Assembly: GCA_951406725.2 (NCBI GenBank)
Contig: OX597818.1
Span: 47,740,001 to 47,804,000 of the forward strand
Length of the DNA: 64,000 nucleotides
Direction: 5' to 3'
Source: Octopus vulgaris
Lineage: Eukaryota
Under the pieces are notes generated by a model. It was not told the DNA's origin, did no database searches, and saw nothing but the letters and a program-made list of their open reading frames with translations. How positions within the stretch are numbered: the first letter of the stretch is position 1; every line of letters starts with the position of its first letter. A program made the position numbers and the translations under genes. This document shows, piece after piece, positions 38,653 through 52,662 of the stretch.

Positions 38653-38771
38653 GTGAAAAGGTGGCGTCTGTCTCCAAAACTCCAAAGTTGAATAAAGTTT
38701 TCATGTTTGGATTTATAAACTACGATAAGAATAACACTGGTCAACAAAGAATTTCTCCCGAAAATATATAC

Positions 38772-39185
38772 TCTTTACTCTTTTCCTCTTTTGCTTGTTT
38801 CAGTCATCTGGCTGCGGCCATGCTGGAGCACCGCCTTTATAGTCGAGCAAATCGACCCCAGGACTTATTCTTTGTAAGCCCAGTACTTATTCTATCGGTC
38901 TCTTTTGCCGAACCGCGAAGTGACGGGGACGTAAACACACCAGCATCGGTTGTCAAGCAATGCTAGGGGGACAAACACAGACACACAAACACACACACAT
39001 ATATATATATATACATATATACGACAGGCTTCTTTCAGTTTCCGTCTACCAAGTCCACTCACAAGGCATTGGTCGGCCCGGGGCTATAGCAGAAGACACT
39101 TGCCCAAGATGCCACGCAGTGGGACTGAACCCGGAACCATGTGGTTGGTTAGCAAGCTACTTACCACACAGCCACTCCTGCGCCT
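38772..39185 (-). mobile_element. SINE family A
   Basis: Full-length reverse copy. Confidence 0.9.
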
Positions 39186-40116
39186 ATGAAATGAAAAATA
39201 TGTAAAAATACTAACGCACAGAAAAATACTAAGAGACAGAAACACAGAAAAATATCTAATATATTAACACAGAAAAATTAAAAGAAAACACGAGTGTGAA
39301 AAGAATCTCGTGGTGTTAAGAATCAACACAGAACAATTTGCGGCACAGACACGGGTGGAGTGAAACACAACATCGCGTGTGGTTGTCATGGTAACAAGCC
39401 GCTAAAGCTACACTGACTAAAATTACCTAAATTTCCCAACTTTAATTCCAAATAACATCAGATTCTTTAATTTACGAGATAAAAATAATTGGTTGATCTT
39501 AATCAAAATTCAGTGTTGCATCGATACACCAAAATTGAAAGCAGTCTGAGCGAAATTAAAGTGGGCTCATTAGCGGATAAAACTAATTATATTATACCTT
39601 TTGACGAGTTGTGGCGCACCTGAGCACTGTATACAATAATTTCATTATTATTATTCGAAAAATTAAGCACGTACAAGAAGGAAAACACACAGCGCAAGAT
39701 TCAAACATAGTAACCCTTATCTCTCTAAACATACAGACATATTGATCGCCCATAGTCAATGTATGTGTTTTGTTTATTCGCTGAATTTGCTGCGGGATGG
39801 CATTTAGGGAGACTCCCTAATAATGCTGGGTCTTAAAATACCTGAAAGTTATAGACGAGGCAAGACAGACAACTCGCTTCGAATCGAACCTAAGAGTAGT
39901 GGATACCGATATTTGATCATCTTTGTGGCTTATCAACATCACGTACTTAGATCGAACCGAAGACGAACTCAACCCCCTGTTTATGACTGTATGTAAATAT
40001 TTGATGATGGGCCACGGCGATGCATATGTGGAAGTAAATTACGAATTAAAAACAGCTCTAGTAATGTGTGTGTGTATGTGTATGTACATAAATATGTATA
40101 AATATATTTATACGTG

Positions 40117-40312
40117 TGGTTAGGGCAGCGGACTCGCGGTTGTAGGATCGCGGTTTCGATTCCCAGACTGGGTGTTGTGAGTGTTTATTGAACGAAAACA
40201 CTTAAAGCTCCTCGAGGCTCACTCTTTCTTCTGTTGGCCAGCAGAGTGGCATCATTTGGAGGCTAAAACAATGTGTAGCAACATGTGTAGCCTGGTCGGT
40301 CACGGTGATATC
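40117..40312 (+). mobile_element. SINE family C (partial)
   Basis: gtggttagggcagcggactcgcggttgtaggatcgcggtttcgattccc tRNA-like head. Confidence 0.75.
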
Positions 40313-40315
40313 TAT

Positions 40316-40384
<69 letters not shown>

Positions 40385-40759
40385 TATGTATTAATGTATT
40401 TATAACATAGATTCACGCTATCATAACACAGATACAATCTATTTTTAAAAGTGATACTTGCACAAATGACGATTGAAAAAGTAAAGGAGTCTAAAATTAC
40501 AAAGAAACTTCTAAAATTATAAAATTAAACACACACACACAGTCACACACACATACACACACATACACACACATACTTTAATTAAGATCTAATGGCAGTA
40601 AAATCACGATGTAAGTTAATCATCTTCAATTATGCATACAATTGTCTACTCACCGTTAATTCGATTAAAAAAACACCAATGACAAGTAGAGTAGATGAGG
40701 TTATATCTACACTGAACGTCTAAATAAATGTTTAAATGAATATTTAAACAGCAGTTCTT

Positions 40760-41320
40760 CCTCGTACGCTGGTTTCTTTTCAAAGGAAGCATCGAATATC
40801 ATCTGCCGTTTATGGGCCTTCACACGGGAGAGCGATGTGTTGAAACAGCAAATATGTTGCAAATCGGAATATAGCAATTCACAGCGGCAGCATACCACGT
40901 CCAGAACACTCTTCTTTGTCTTACTTACTACTGCGCTTCCAATCAGGGTCATTCAAAGTACATCCCACTTGATAATTTCTGTAATCTTGGTGATGCTGTT
41001 ATGGAAGATTTCAGTTGTAACAGTTCTTTCTTTCTCGAGTCTTCCAGTTCCACTTTAAAAAACATGGCTCTGCTAACGCCTGCAGCTTTTTAAAGAAATA
41101 AACTCTAACTACGAGACTAGTAAATTCTCCATATCTTTTGCATTGACATTTTGCATTTTCCCTTCATTGCCGAGCTCAGCTCAACTATTTCCTTGATGGC
41201 CACTTGTTCTATTCCATCGAAAAATTCTTGGAAATCATTGCATGCTATTGGTCAAAGCATTTTTCAAATTCTGTATAAACAGTTCTCGGTTTTCTCCCGC
41301 CCAGCTGCATTGGCATTATA
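40760..41320 (-). mobile_element. Degenerate Tigger/pogo transposase C-terminal region
   Basis: Frameshifted pieces NDFQEFFDGIEQVAIKEIVEL, NDPDWKRSSK and SVLDVVCC...Q...DASFEKKP. Confidence 0.55.
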
Positions 41321-41383
41321 TATAGTTTTCTATAAATGCGAATAATCAATCCACGGATAGATTGTGTATGTATATATGAATAA

Positions 41384-41987
41384 GGCGGAGAGCTGGCAGA
41401 ACCGTTAGCACGCCGGTCGAAATGCGTAGCCGTATTACGCCTGTCGTTACGTTGTGAGTTCAAATTCCGCCGAGGTCGACTTTGCCTTTCATCCTTTCGG
41501 GATCGATTAAATAAGTACCAGTTACGCACTGGGGTCAATATAATCAACTTAATCCGTTTGTCTGTCCTTGTTTGTCCTCTCTGTGTTTAGCTACTTGTGG
41601 GTAATAAAGAAATAGGTATTTCGTCTGCCGTTACGTTCTGAGTTCAAATTTCGCCGAGGTCGACTTTGCCTTTCATCATTCGGGGTCGATTAAATAAGTA
41701 CCAGTTACGCACTGGGGACGATATGATCGACTTAATACCTATGTCTGTTCTTGTTTGTCCCCTCTGTGTTTAACCCCTTGTGGGTGGTGAAGAAATAGAA
41801 ATAGGCATTTCGTCTGTCTTATGTTCTGAGTTCAAATTCCGCCGAGGTCGACTTTGCCTTTCATCCTTTCGGGGTCGATTAAATAAGTACCGGTTACGCA
41901 CTGGGTTCGATGTAATCGACTCAATCCGTTTGTCTATCCTTGTTTTTCCCCTCTATGTTTAACCCCATGTGGGTAATAAAGAAACAG
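41384..41987 (+). mobile_element. SINE family B with its body repeated three times (~180 bp units)
   Basis: One ggcggagagctggcaga head, then three copies of gagttcaaattccgccgaggtcgac...aaagaaa. Confidence 0.85.
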
Positions 41988-42479
41988 GTATGTATGTACG
42001 TATGTATGTACGTACGTACGTACGTACGTACGTATGTATGTATGTATGTATGTATGTATGTATGTATGTATGTATGTATGTATGTATGTATGTATGTATG
42101 TATGTATGTATGTATGTATGTATGTACCATTTTCTAGTTTATTAATGTTAGATCCAAGGCGTTGAGCTGGCAGAATCGTTAGCACCTTGTACAAAGTGCT
42201 TAGTAGAATTTCTTCCAGCTTTTTTAATACTCAGTGTTCAAATCCAGCCGAGATCGTCTTTGCTTTTCATCCTTTCGATGGTCTTGAACCCTTAAACGGG
42301 CCAGCGTCCTGTTTAGGGTTACGGTTAGAGTTGTGATCTTGGTCACTTATTCACCACGGAGATTGTGTAACCAGCGTTGAATATCCCAGGGACTAGGGAA
42401 AAAATGCGAGATCTGAGTCTATTCTCGAAAGGATGAGATGAATTTACGAAATCTGAAGTTTGACATCCTGTCCAGGAAG

Positions 42480-42760
42480 TCCGACTGAAAATTTGTTAGG
42501 TCCTTGATCGTTGATAAAATCTTTGAGCCTTCTTGACTTTTATGCTGGTGGGGTCGATGTCTGTACTTAACCGTGTGGTCTCAAGAATTATGTATTCTAT
42601 AACATAGGTAAAAAAATCCGGCATTATTCCCGTGTATTGCTCGTTGGATGCCGTTAGTATATTTTTCATCGTGTACTTTAGGTAACATATTTTCCCTATG
42701 AAAAGCTTTCTACAATTATTATCTGGATAACACATGGTGTGAAGAGGCCTCTTGTTATAT
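42480..42760 (-). mobile_element. Degenerate PLE GIY-YIG fragment
   Basis: CYPDNNCRKLFIGK...IEYI pattern. Confidence 0.4.
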
Positions 42761-43156
42761 ACAAGACAGTGTCTGGAAACGTGTTATGTGATCCTAACTC
42801 GGAGTACTTAATATATGTAATACAGTTGAATATAATTTTATATTACAATTATGTATGTATGTATGTATGTATGTATGTATGTATGTATGTATGTATGTAT
42901 GTATGTATGTATGTATGTATTTATGTATGTATGTATGTATTTATGTATGTATGTATGTATGTATGTATGTATGTATGTATGTATGTATGTATGTATGTAT
43001 GTATGTATGTATGTATGTATGTATGTATGTATGTATGTATGTATGTATGTGCTTATATAACATTTTCGTCGCGTCTTGCAACCTTTTCAATAGTTTTGAC
43101 TCTGTCCGTTATTCACACTGCATTCCTTTTTGTTTGTTTATGCGCATGTGTGTGAT

Positions 43157-43187
<31 letters not shown>

Positions 43188-43621
43188 CCTATACATGTAT
43201 GTATGTATGTATGTATGTATGTATGTATGTATGTATGTATGTATGTATGTATGTATGTGTGTATGTATGTATGTATGTACGCATGTGTGTGTATGCATGT
43301 ATGTGTGTGTGTGCATATGTATGTATGTATTCTGCATATTCATGTGTTTGCATGTCCATGTTTGTATGTATGCAACTATGTACCGTGTGTGTATGTATGG
43401 ATGTGCATTTCCATATGTGTGGACGCGTGTCTCCATATGTGTCCTTGTGTGAAGTAAAGTGTGTGTGTATATATATGGTCATGTGTTTCAGTCTTCCTTT
43501 GCGTATGTGTGCTTGTCTGTTCATATAACCTATGTACCTATCCGTATGTATGTTGATCTGTTTACTTTCATATCCACATGCTTACATACATGTGCATATA
43601 CATATATACAACCCCCCACAC

Positions 43622-43755
<134 letters not shown>

Positions 43756-43885
43756 TCACTCACACAAACATACATCTATCTACATAATAGCCCACTAACT
43801 ATTCTCCTCTACCTGTGTAAACTATGGGTATGTGTGCATGATATCTACTATGTATATTTCCTATTTAGTATTGGGGAAGTTTCAT

Positions 43886-44530
43886 TTATGAGGACGTGTT
43901 CCCGTATTTGTCTGAGTGTTGGGTCCTTTGGGCGCTTGAATAGGACGCGGATGTCAAGCTGACCCAGGTTGCCTCCATGTTGTTCCTTGACGTGTTGGTA
44001 GAGTGTGGAGGACTGTTTTTGTCGTCATATTGTCTCAGATGTTCACTTAGTCGTTCCGCAATGCTACTAGATGTCTCTACTATGTATGTCATATTCATGT
44101 CTTCACAAGCACCTTCTATGCATCTTATGCTGTAAACTATATTTTTAGTTCTGCAGTTAATGCTAGGGCTAATCCTACATGCCATGTAGTTATTGGTGCA
44201 TATGGTATTCTCAAAGGGGCACGTCCTACATAGTAGTGATCTGACGGAGTTCCTTGGCTTTTCAACAATCTTTATGCTGAGTTTTGTCTCCTTCAGAGCT
44301 TTCCTAAATCTACGAGCTAGTTCTCCATGGGATGTGGCCTCTACAAACATCACTCCTTGATATTTTCGGTTTTATACCACGCGTTCGCCATGTTTGCTTT
44401 GTCGCAAGTTCTTTGTATCCTATTCCAGTCTTTGTTTCTATATCTAGGACAGGTACCACTGGTATCATTGCGTATATTGTTATCTAATTTCTTTCTAGCC
44501 CCCCCCTGTATACTCGAACCCTATCTTTCT
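43886..44530 (-). mobile_element. PLE C-terminal region with GIY-YIG endonuclease
   Basis: FVEATSHGELARR...VEKP...CRTKNIVYSIRC...YIVETSSSIAERLSEH. Confidence 0.8.
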
Positions 44531-44594
44531 GATCATATCCAGAGAACAGCATGCGATGCATACAAATCTGCACATACATACATACATACATACA

Positions 44595-44622
<28 letters not shown>

Positions 44623-44625
<3 letters not shown>

Positions 44626-45250
44626 GGCTGCCCCCTCGTTATCGAGTATGGCCATTGCACGAAGCTTAACTGTTACTGGTACTGTGATCGAATGTGACTT
44701 TTTAGCCCAGCTAAAGATCTACAATGTCTTGTACAGAATTGGCAACTAATACCTTTACCGGTAATAGCCGGCTGTAGTTGTAACTGGACTTCATGTACCT
44801 TTGCATGTAGTTTAAGTCCTCCTGCCGAATTACACTCTCTTCTACATGCCTGACAGATATGATTAGTATGGTGTGTTACACCACCACCAGTGGCCAAGTT
44901 GTCACTCATCTGTCTCGTTTTATGACTACGAAGATGACTCATGAGTCCAGCTTTACTGAGGCAGGGTCTTGCACAGACATTGCATACATACATACATACA
45001 TACATACATACATACATACATACATACATACATACATACACATGTACACATATTCTTGGATGGCCGTTGACGGCTCATGAGCTCTTCCGCCCAATGAGAG
45101 GTTTTATTTTTCGTTCTGCAGGATGTCCAACGATCACCCTCTTCATCAAGCAAGCTTGATGAGGTTGCCAGTTTAGACGCCGACGACCCCGCCATGCAAC
45201 AGGTTGTTCTGGCTTACATGTTACTAGTAGCGCCCAAGAGCGACTTGACA
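44623..45250 (-). mobile_element. RTE-type element 3' end encoding three C2H2-like fingers
   Basis: CNVC-x12-HLRSH, CQAC-x12-HAKVH, CQFC-x12-HIRSQ, then a 3' end shared with 36297 and a (TATG)n tail. Confidence 0.65.
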
Positions 45251-46281
45251 TACATACATACATACATACATACATACATACATACATACATACATACATA
45301 CATACATAGATATTTATATATTGATAAAATAGTAGTATGAAATGTAGATTCAGAGAATCATGCGGCTATCACAGTAGGCTCTTCATTTGGAACTGGCTAT
45401 CAATCCACGTGGCAATCAATTACGATGTGGTGTAATGTAATGAGTCCGTGTAACTGAAAATCCAGAAAATCCGAGAAATAAATCATCCACTGGTGAGTAT
45501 ATAAAGCCTTTCACACCAACTAACTATATGCACACAGATACGAGCAGCTAGAAGAAAACCTCTCCTTCAATCAATAAATATAAAATAAATGATTTTGAAA
45601 ATTAAAGGTGTCTATTTACTTCCTGCATGTCTGTGTATGTATGTATGTATGTATGTATGTATGTATGTATGTATGTATGTATGTATGTATGTATGTATGT
45701 ATATAATAATTTAATAAATAAAACATATGCATATATACATACATATATATATGTACATACCTACATCTATATGTATATATACATGCATATATGAGTACAG
45801 GACACCACAAATAAACGCAGAACACAACGAGAAACGAAAACATAAAATCAAACAAGAAAACGGACTTTTTTTAACAACGAAAAAACAGAGTACAAGACAA
45901 ACAATACAAGGAACATTCCCCTTCTTCAGCTGCCCCTGTTTCGACTCAATGCGTGTTTCGATATATATATATATATAGTTATATCTTTCGAAAGATACAG
46001 ACCGCGTAGAAGTGCTCAAGTCGAGCCCTGAGACGTTAGACAATTATAATAAATAGAATGGACAAAGTTCAAATCTGGTAAACCATAATGAACATATATG
46101 GAAACGGTTTTAAGATAAAAGATTGTCCAAAAAACATGTATTGATATTTTTAAAATACATATAAAAATATAAAAACCTATGAATATTAAAAATATATATG
46201 GACATATAAATATATGAATATACAAACATAGTAATGATAAAATGAAATATAGGATTGTAGATAAAAACGTTTCTTTTAAAC

Positions 46282-46342
<61 letters not shown>

Positions 46343-46382
46343 ATATAAATAATATATAAATATATACATATATACATATAAT

Positions 46383-46461
<79 letters not shown>

Positions 46462-46624
46462 AGAGAAACTAATAGGCGTCAAAAGAATATTTTAGGTCAC
46501 GTATTAAAAGAAAATATTTCTACAGCTGTTTCAGGGGTTCAATCCACCGAGTAAAAAATGGATCTTTCAGAGAATGTCTCCTTCAGCAAGGAAAAAGTGA
46601 TGTTTATAGTAGAAATGCATTCAG

Positions 46625-46684
<60 letters not shown>

Positions 46685-46995
46685 GAAATATGTTACAAAA
46701 AGAAAATATAAAATATACGTGGAAATGTAAGGGTGAAATATGAAAAATCAACGAAAATACACATTCCAAATAAAAAAAGGCTATTTATGACAGGTAACGA
46801 CAAATATATACATTGAGATTGACTGAGGTAGTAATACGAGTCATAAAGGTCATTATTATGAGTTGATTAAAAGATGATAATAAAGTAAGAGAACAAAGCG
46901 AACCATGGTTTACGCAAAGCTATTCATCGCTTGAAAAATATATATTATGTATGTATGTATGTATGTATGTATGTATGTATGTATGTATGTATAAG

Positions 46996-47447
46996 AGTGG
47001 CTGTGTGGTAAAAAGCTTGCTTTCCAACCACATGGTTCCGGCTTCTGTCCCGCTGTATGCATCTTGGGCGAGTGTCTTCTATTACATCCTCGGACAGACA
47101 AGAGCCTTGCAAGTGAATTTTGAAGAAGGAAACTGAAAAATCCCGTCGTATATATGTATTTATATATTTCTACCCTCATTATTTAATATATATGTGTGTG
47201 TGTGTGTATGTGTGTGTGTGTGTATGTCTATGTGTGTGTGTTTTTGTGTCAGTGTTTGTCCCCTACCACCACCGGACAATCGGTGCTAGTGTGCTTATGA
47301 CCACGTAACATGGCGGTTCGGCAAAAGATACCGGTAGAATAAATACTAGCCTTAAAAAAATACTGGGGCCGATTCATTCGACTAGCATTCTTCAGGGTGG
47401 TACCCCAGCATGGCCGCAGTCTAATAACTGAAATAAGTAAATGATAA
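46996..47447 (+). mobile_element. SINE family A (older copy)
   Basis: Diverged head, body and tail. Confidence 0.8.
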
Positions 47448-47469
47448 AGGAAACAGACACACACACACG

Positions 47470-48202
47470 CTCTTTCTTCCGGTCATTTCATCAAGTTAAG
47501 CCATTAATACCCACACATCTTTCTTCTTCTCCGCTTCTTCTTTCTTTCTCCACTTTTTTCCATCTCATTTTTTCCTTCACATTCCTTTCTATCGAAGAAC
47601 GTAGGCTTGAAACGTCAAGGCCTTTGCCATTCTTTCCGGGCATCAAACAAATATAGATGCTTGTTGTTCCTTCACCTGTCTTCGAATTTTATTTTCTGTA
47701 AATTTAAACTATATGTATACACACACACACACACACACGTTAGTTAATGTCGGACGAATGAGTAAAGCGTGCTCAGTAGATGCTGTCGAGGATATAGTTT
47801 CTTTCATTAAAACAGAATCTGAGTCTTTCGCTTGCGACTCGAGTTTTACGCCAGTTGCGAGACAAACTTTTGACTCATGTTTTTGTCGATCTCTCCAACG
47901 GTAAACGCGAATAATGGCTAAGCAGTTTACTTTCGTCTAGCTGTGATGGTGTTTTGCAGTTTACTTAAGACAGCTCTTCTTATGATTTTATCGATTGTGA
48001 TTTGGTCACGTTAGCTGACCTGCAGGATATTTCTAAGGCGCCGGCGACGGAAAACATTCACCGTATTGCAAATCTTGTCCGTCTGCATCCATGTTTGACT
48101 TGCAATACAATCCCGTAGATAAAGATCATAGATGCGTATAAACGAAGTTTAATCCCTAGGCGAATTGAAGAGCATCACTATATTGGTCTGAAATATTGGA
48201 AG
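47470..48202 (+). repeat. ~740-bp dispersed repeat, copy 2
   Basis: Colinear with 33243-33980. Confidence 0.8.
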
Positions 48203-48391
48203 GCATCCATCGCTTTGCCAAGTCTAGTTTTGGCATCAATTTCTACTTTACCATTTCTGCTAGTATTACAGCTTTGTAACAAAAAACAAAACAAAAACAA
48301 CAACAAACAAACAAAAAAAAAAAGCCGACAAACTCTGTTCAGCAAAGATTTTGGTTTGGATTCATTTTCGCCTATATATAAGGCCTTTGTC

Positions 48392-48463
<72 letters not shown>

Positions 48464-48467
48464 TTAT

Positions 48468-48544
<77 letters not shown>

Positions 48545-48621
48545 ACTCTGTTTGTCTGTCTGTCTCCTGCCTGTCTGTCTCTGTTTATATATATATATAT
48601 ATATATATATAGATTCAGATG

Positions 48622-48935
48622 AATATGGTACTTAAGTTGAGGCACTTGAATTTTTGTACGGTATTATCCATACAAATTCAAAATAAGGTGATTAAAAACA
48701 ACTATGCTGGTGTAGGTACAACATGTTCTCTGGCTATCTCCTTAACTTCTTGGTGATTTTAGGTATGATTATACTAATATGTTCATCTCTTCTAATTTAA
48801 TTAAATTCTATATCTTTGTGCAGCTGAAGATTGTTCTACATTTTAAATTGATGTAATGATTGCATTGTTCAATTAATGGAGTTGCATGAAACGATCGTAC
48901 TACATTACCTCTGGATATCCTTGTTGCTTATTTTG

Positions 48936-48937
<2 letters not shown>
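48622..48937. mobile_element. PLE terminal fragment of the 2038-3330 family, HHR at 48819-48904
   Basis: tgcag CTGAAGA ttgt..gcat GAAAC GATC GTA ctaca; flanked by (TA)n. Confidence 0.7.
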
Positions 48938-48980
<43 letters not shown>

Positions 48981-50012
48981 CATACGCCCACACATACACT
49001 CTCACATACATGAAACAAACGAAGAATGTAGTTTTTGGTATTACATTCATTCCATGGTTTACAAATTTTCAATAATGTGAGTGTAACAAATCATACAATA
49101 TGTTTGAAGACTTGAAAGAGACCAACGATATTGTGATATCGATTAAATAATTTGTATTATATAATGACTGACACACAATCATTATATAATACGAATCATA
49201 TGACCAACATGGCAGTATCATTGCTCTTCTCTCCCATATCTTCAACGACATTGTATGACTTGTCAACAACACGTTATTGATACAATTGTAAACCATGGAA
49301 TAAATTTAACATTAATTCTATTCTTTCCTTATTATTTATAATCTGCAACTAAAGGTAAGCTTCTGGAATTTTAGTTTGAGTGAAACTATTGCTTCTCTTC
49401 TAGAAATTTCCATTCCTATATATTCTGGTAGACAATGTTCACAAGCGTGCTGCTTGCGGTAAACGTAGCCACCTGAATTCCCAAAACTCTACTCACTACA
49501 TACATGCATACATACATACATACATATATACATACATACATACATACATACATACATACATACATACATACATACATACATACATACATACAAAACAAAA
49601 GTTTGGATTTTCAGAACAAGAAATCAATCAACTGATTCGCACATTACAAATACAATTTGTAAGCGGAACAGTAAAACTCTTCAAGACTTTTCTTAGGTTT
49701 AAAATGTTTATAGATTGCATTCTAAAGTGTACGGCGTACAGTTATTATTACACATCGACACACATGTCTGGAAAGAAAATTCATATTTATTTCACAGATT
49801 ATCTCATCTTACAGGTTTAGTAATTATAACGGTTTACTATAATGTCAACTAATGTCCATAAAGTCCCTTTACAATTTCGAACATTTATTACAAAAGCATA
49901 CCTAGGTATACCTACGTGTACAGGGGCGGTAATACATACAGAGTACGAGTTGTATATGCAGATATTGATATGTATAAGCATCTGTATAAATAAATAAATA
50001 AATAAATATATA

Positions 50013-50077
<65 letters not shown>

Positions 50078-50092
50078 GTATGTATGTATGTA

Positions 50093-50143
<51 letters not shown>

Positions 50144-50255
50144 GTGTGTGTGTGTGTGTGTGTCTGTGTGTGTGCTTGTCTTATATATACATATGTATAC
50201 ATCACATATATATTTTCTTCTACTACTAAACACTGACCTGTCCAAACACCTAACC

Positions 50256-50473
50256 CAGTGCTTTTCAAACTTTTTGCTGGAGCGGAACCCCAAGGAAACA
50301 TTCCACTGGCTCGAGGAACCCCTGTGCAATAATTTAATAGTCTTATGCACACATATCTGCACAAGAGAATTAAAAATTACTGCCGATTTTAGCAGTTTTG
50401 TAACTTCTTGCGGAACCCCTGGACTGTATTGGCGGAACCCTAAGGTTCCGCGGACCCTGGCTGAAAACCACTA
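50256..50473. mobile_element. hAT MITE with 8-bp TSD ACCTAACC
   Basis: acctaacc|cagtgcttttcaa...tgaaaaccacta|acctaacc; repeated ggaacccc subterminal motifs. Confidence 0.85.
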
Positions 50474-50483
50474 ACCTAACCTA

Positions 50484-51049
50484 TTGGGTTGTCCGGAAAG
50501 TTCGTGCCGATTTATAGTAGCTTACATTTCAACTTATTTTAGAACATGGTTGAGTCCATAAAATAGGATTTGACTGCACCTCCATTTAGAGCACAGTTTA
50601 AGCTATCTTTTCGTGGAAGAAGGTTTATGTTCCTATAACCTGTGTTAATTCTGTAACCCATTAAAATGGAAGATAAGAAAGTTCCTTTTCGGCACTTGAT
50701 GCTTTGGGAACCAGACAAAAATTGCTGTAGCTCGGCTGGGATATGTTACCCCACCCTCCATATTCACCAGATATTGCTCCTTCGGATTTCCACTTATTCA
50801 GGTCTCTGCAGAATAGTCTTAATGGTAAAAATTTAAATTCCTTGGATGACGTAAAAAGATACCTTGATGAATTCTTTGCCATGAAACCACCACAATTCTG
50901 GGAAGAGGGTATTTTCAAGTTAAAGGAAAGATGGAGACGCATTGTGCAACAAAATGGTTCATATTTGGTTGATTAAAAATGTAATGGCAAGTATTTATTG
51001 ACCTTTATCTTTCCTTTAAAAATCGGCACGAACTTTCCGGACAACCCAA
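50484..51049 (+). mobile_element. Internally deleted mariner
   Basis: Perfect TIR ttgggttgtccggaaagttcgtgccgattt with TA TSD; MENKKVPFRHLMLWE fused to LGWDMLPHPPYSPDIAPSDFHLFRSLQN. Confidence 0.92.
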
Positions 51050-51756
51050 TATATTCCTAAATGCTTCATTCCATACTACTACCCCTCTCTCTGCCCCATC
51101 ACATAGACTCTATCACTACATAAGTGACACTCCTTTACTTTTTACATTTTTATACCTCTCTCTCTTTATCACCCCCATTCCTTCTATCTTTTTACACTCT
51201 AATACCTTGCCCTCTCTATCACCCTCATCTCCCCATTCCTACTTTCAAATTACCTTGACTGACCACAAACTGGTACACTTTCCCTTATTATCTCTCTCCT
51301 TGTTTTTCTTTTTTTCTTTCTTTTCTCTATTCCTCTCTTCCTGTTTTTTCTTCTTTTTTTTCCCTTTTTTTCTCATTTCTTTATTCCTCTCTTCCTGCTT
51401 TCGATTTGACCTTACAAATACATTCTCTACTTTCAGGTCAATTTAAATAAAGCCCTTGATTTAATAGCACTGTATACACACTCTATACTTGGAATGACCA
51501 ATTTTAAATACTATTGGATTTTCCTCACAAGCTATTGTGAAGTCTGGCGTAGCATGGTAAATTCCATTGTCTCGACCACGGTCGAACAATGATGAATGAA
51601 TGATGATTGGAATCTTATTTGTATACCATTCTGCCTAAATAATGGATCTACTATTGCAATATCCCTGCATAGCTCACATCTATTTTCATTCCTCCACTTC
51701 ACTCTCTATTTCGTATCTTATCTAAATTAGCTATTGCTTAACCATTTTCTCACACC

Positions 51757-51804
51757 GTCTCCGATGAAGGGATACAATAAATATCCTAGAAACAGCTGTA
51801 AGAC
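51757..51804 (+). ncRNA. Type I HHR (U4C core) in a PLE terminal repeat
   Basis: gtct CCGATGA a gggata caataaa tatcct a GAAAC AGCT GTA agac; flanking 51440-51830 recurs inverted at 56910-57190. Confidence 0.7.
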
Positions 51805-51904
51805 CTATTTATATATGTTCTAAAATCTTCATAGCCTTGATTTTCTACCTCATTCTGAAAAACAGATATATATATATACTAGAGTTTTATATATATAGAT
51901 ATAT

Positions 51905-52437
51905 AGTGTCCCAAAAGTCACGGATGGGTTTCAATTTTTAATAACTTCCTTAACCTTACAAATAAATGCATGAAGTTTTGATACAATACAAAGGACACAA
52001 TGGAAATTAATATGCACAAGTCAAATTTTGCAATATCACTACATCACATATGAAAAATGACATTGCTTAATTGGCAGCCATATTCAGTTTCGTACGCCCG
52101 TGCTCTTTCCAAAACTTGCACCATAAAACCCTCAAGAGTTTCAGACCCCACTTCTCTGATTTCTTTATTGATGTTCTCTTTCAGTTGCACCAGGGTCTCC
52201 GGTTTGTTGACGTAAATCCTCTCTTTCAGGTATCCCCACAAGAAAAATCCTAGCTAGTCAAGTCTGGGGAACGTGAAGGCTAGTTGACATTGCCGTAGCT
52301 GGAGATTATTCTTTCTCGAAAGCACTGCCGTAACAACTGCATTGTTTCTCTTGCGGTATGAGCAGTTGCTCCATCTTGCTGGAATCATGTGTGAGGTCTA
52401 CTTTGATTGGCCTTCACGTTCCCCAGATTTGACTAAT
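51905..52437 (-). mobile_element. Tc1/mariner (rosa/DD41D-like) 3' fragment
   Basis: PSRSPDLT..DFFLWGYLKERIYVNKPETLVQLKENI; terminus agtgtcccaaaagtc. Confidence 0.75.
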
Positions 52438-52528
52438 TTTTCTCTGCTTTTACTCATTCTCGAATTTGATGGACATATAGAGGTACGTAAGCCGAGTCAA
52501 GAAATCTCTAGTGAGACTGTTTATTGAC

Positions 52529-52570
52529 GTACCTGAAGAGACCCAGAACGGGTCGAAACATGTGTTGTAC
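52529..52570 (+). ncRNA. Canonical type I HHR motif
   Basis: gtac CTGAAGA gaccc agaac gggtc GAAAC ATGT GTT gtac: all three stems pair. Confidence 0.8.
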
Positions 52571-52598
52571 CCTAAAGTCTATTACACATTCCGTCTCC

Positions 52599-52661
<63 letters not shown>

Positions 52662-52662
<1 letters not shown>

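Noticed and set aside
46517-46575. HHR in the GAAACAGCTGTA-containing repeat (also 33052-33121)
   Set aside because: The 3' half fits, but the core reads CTGAAAGA/CTGAAAA and stem II is ambiguous; left out of the count.
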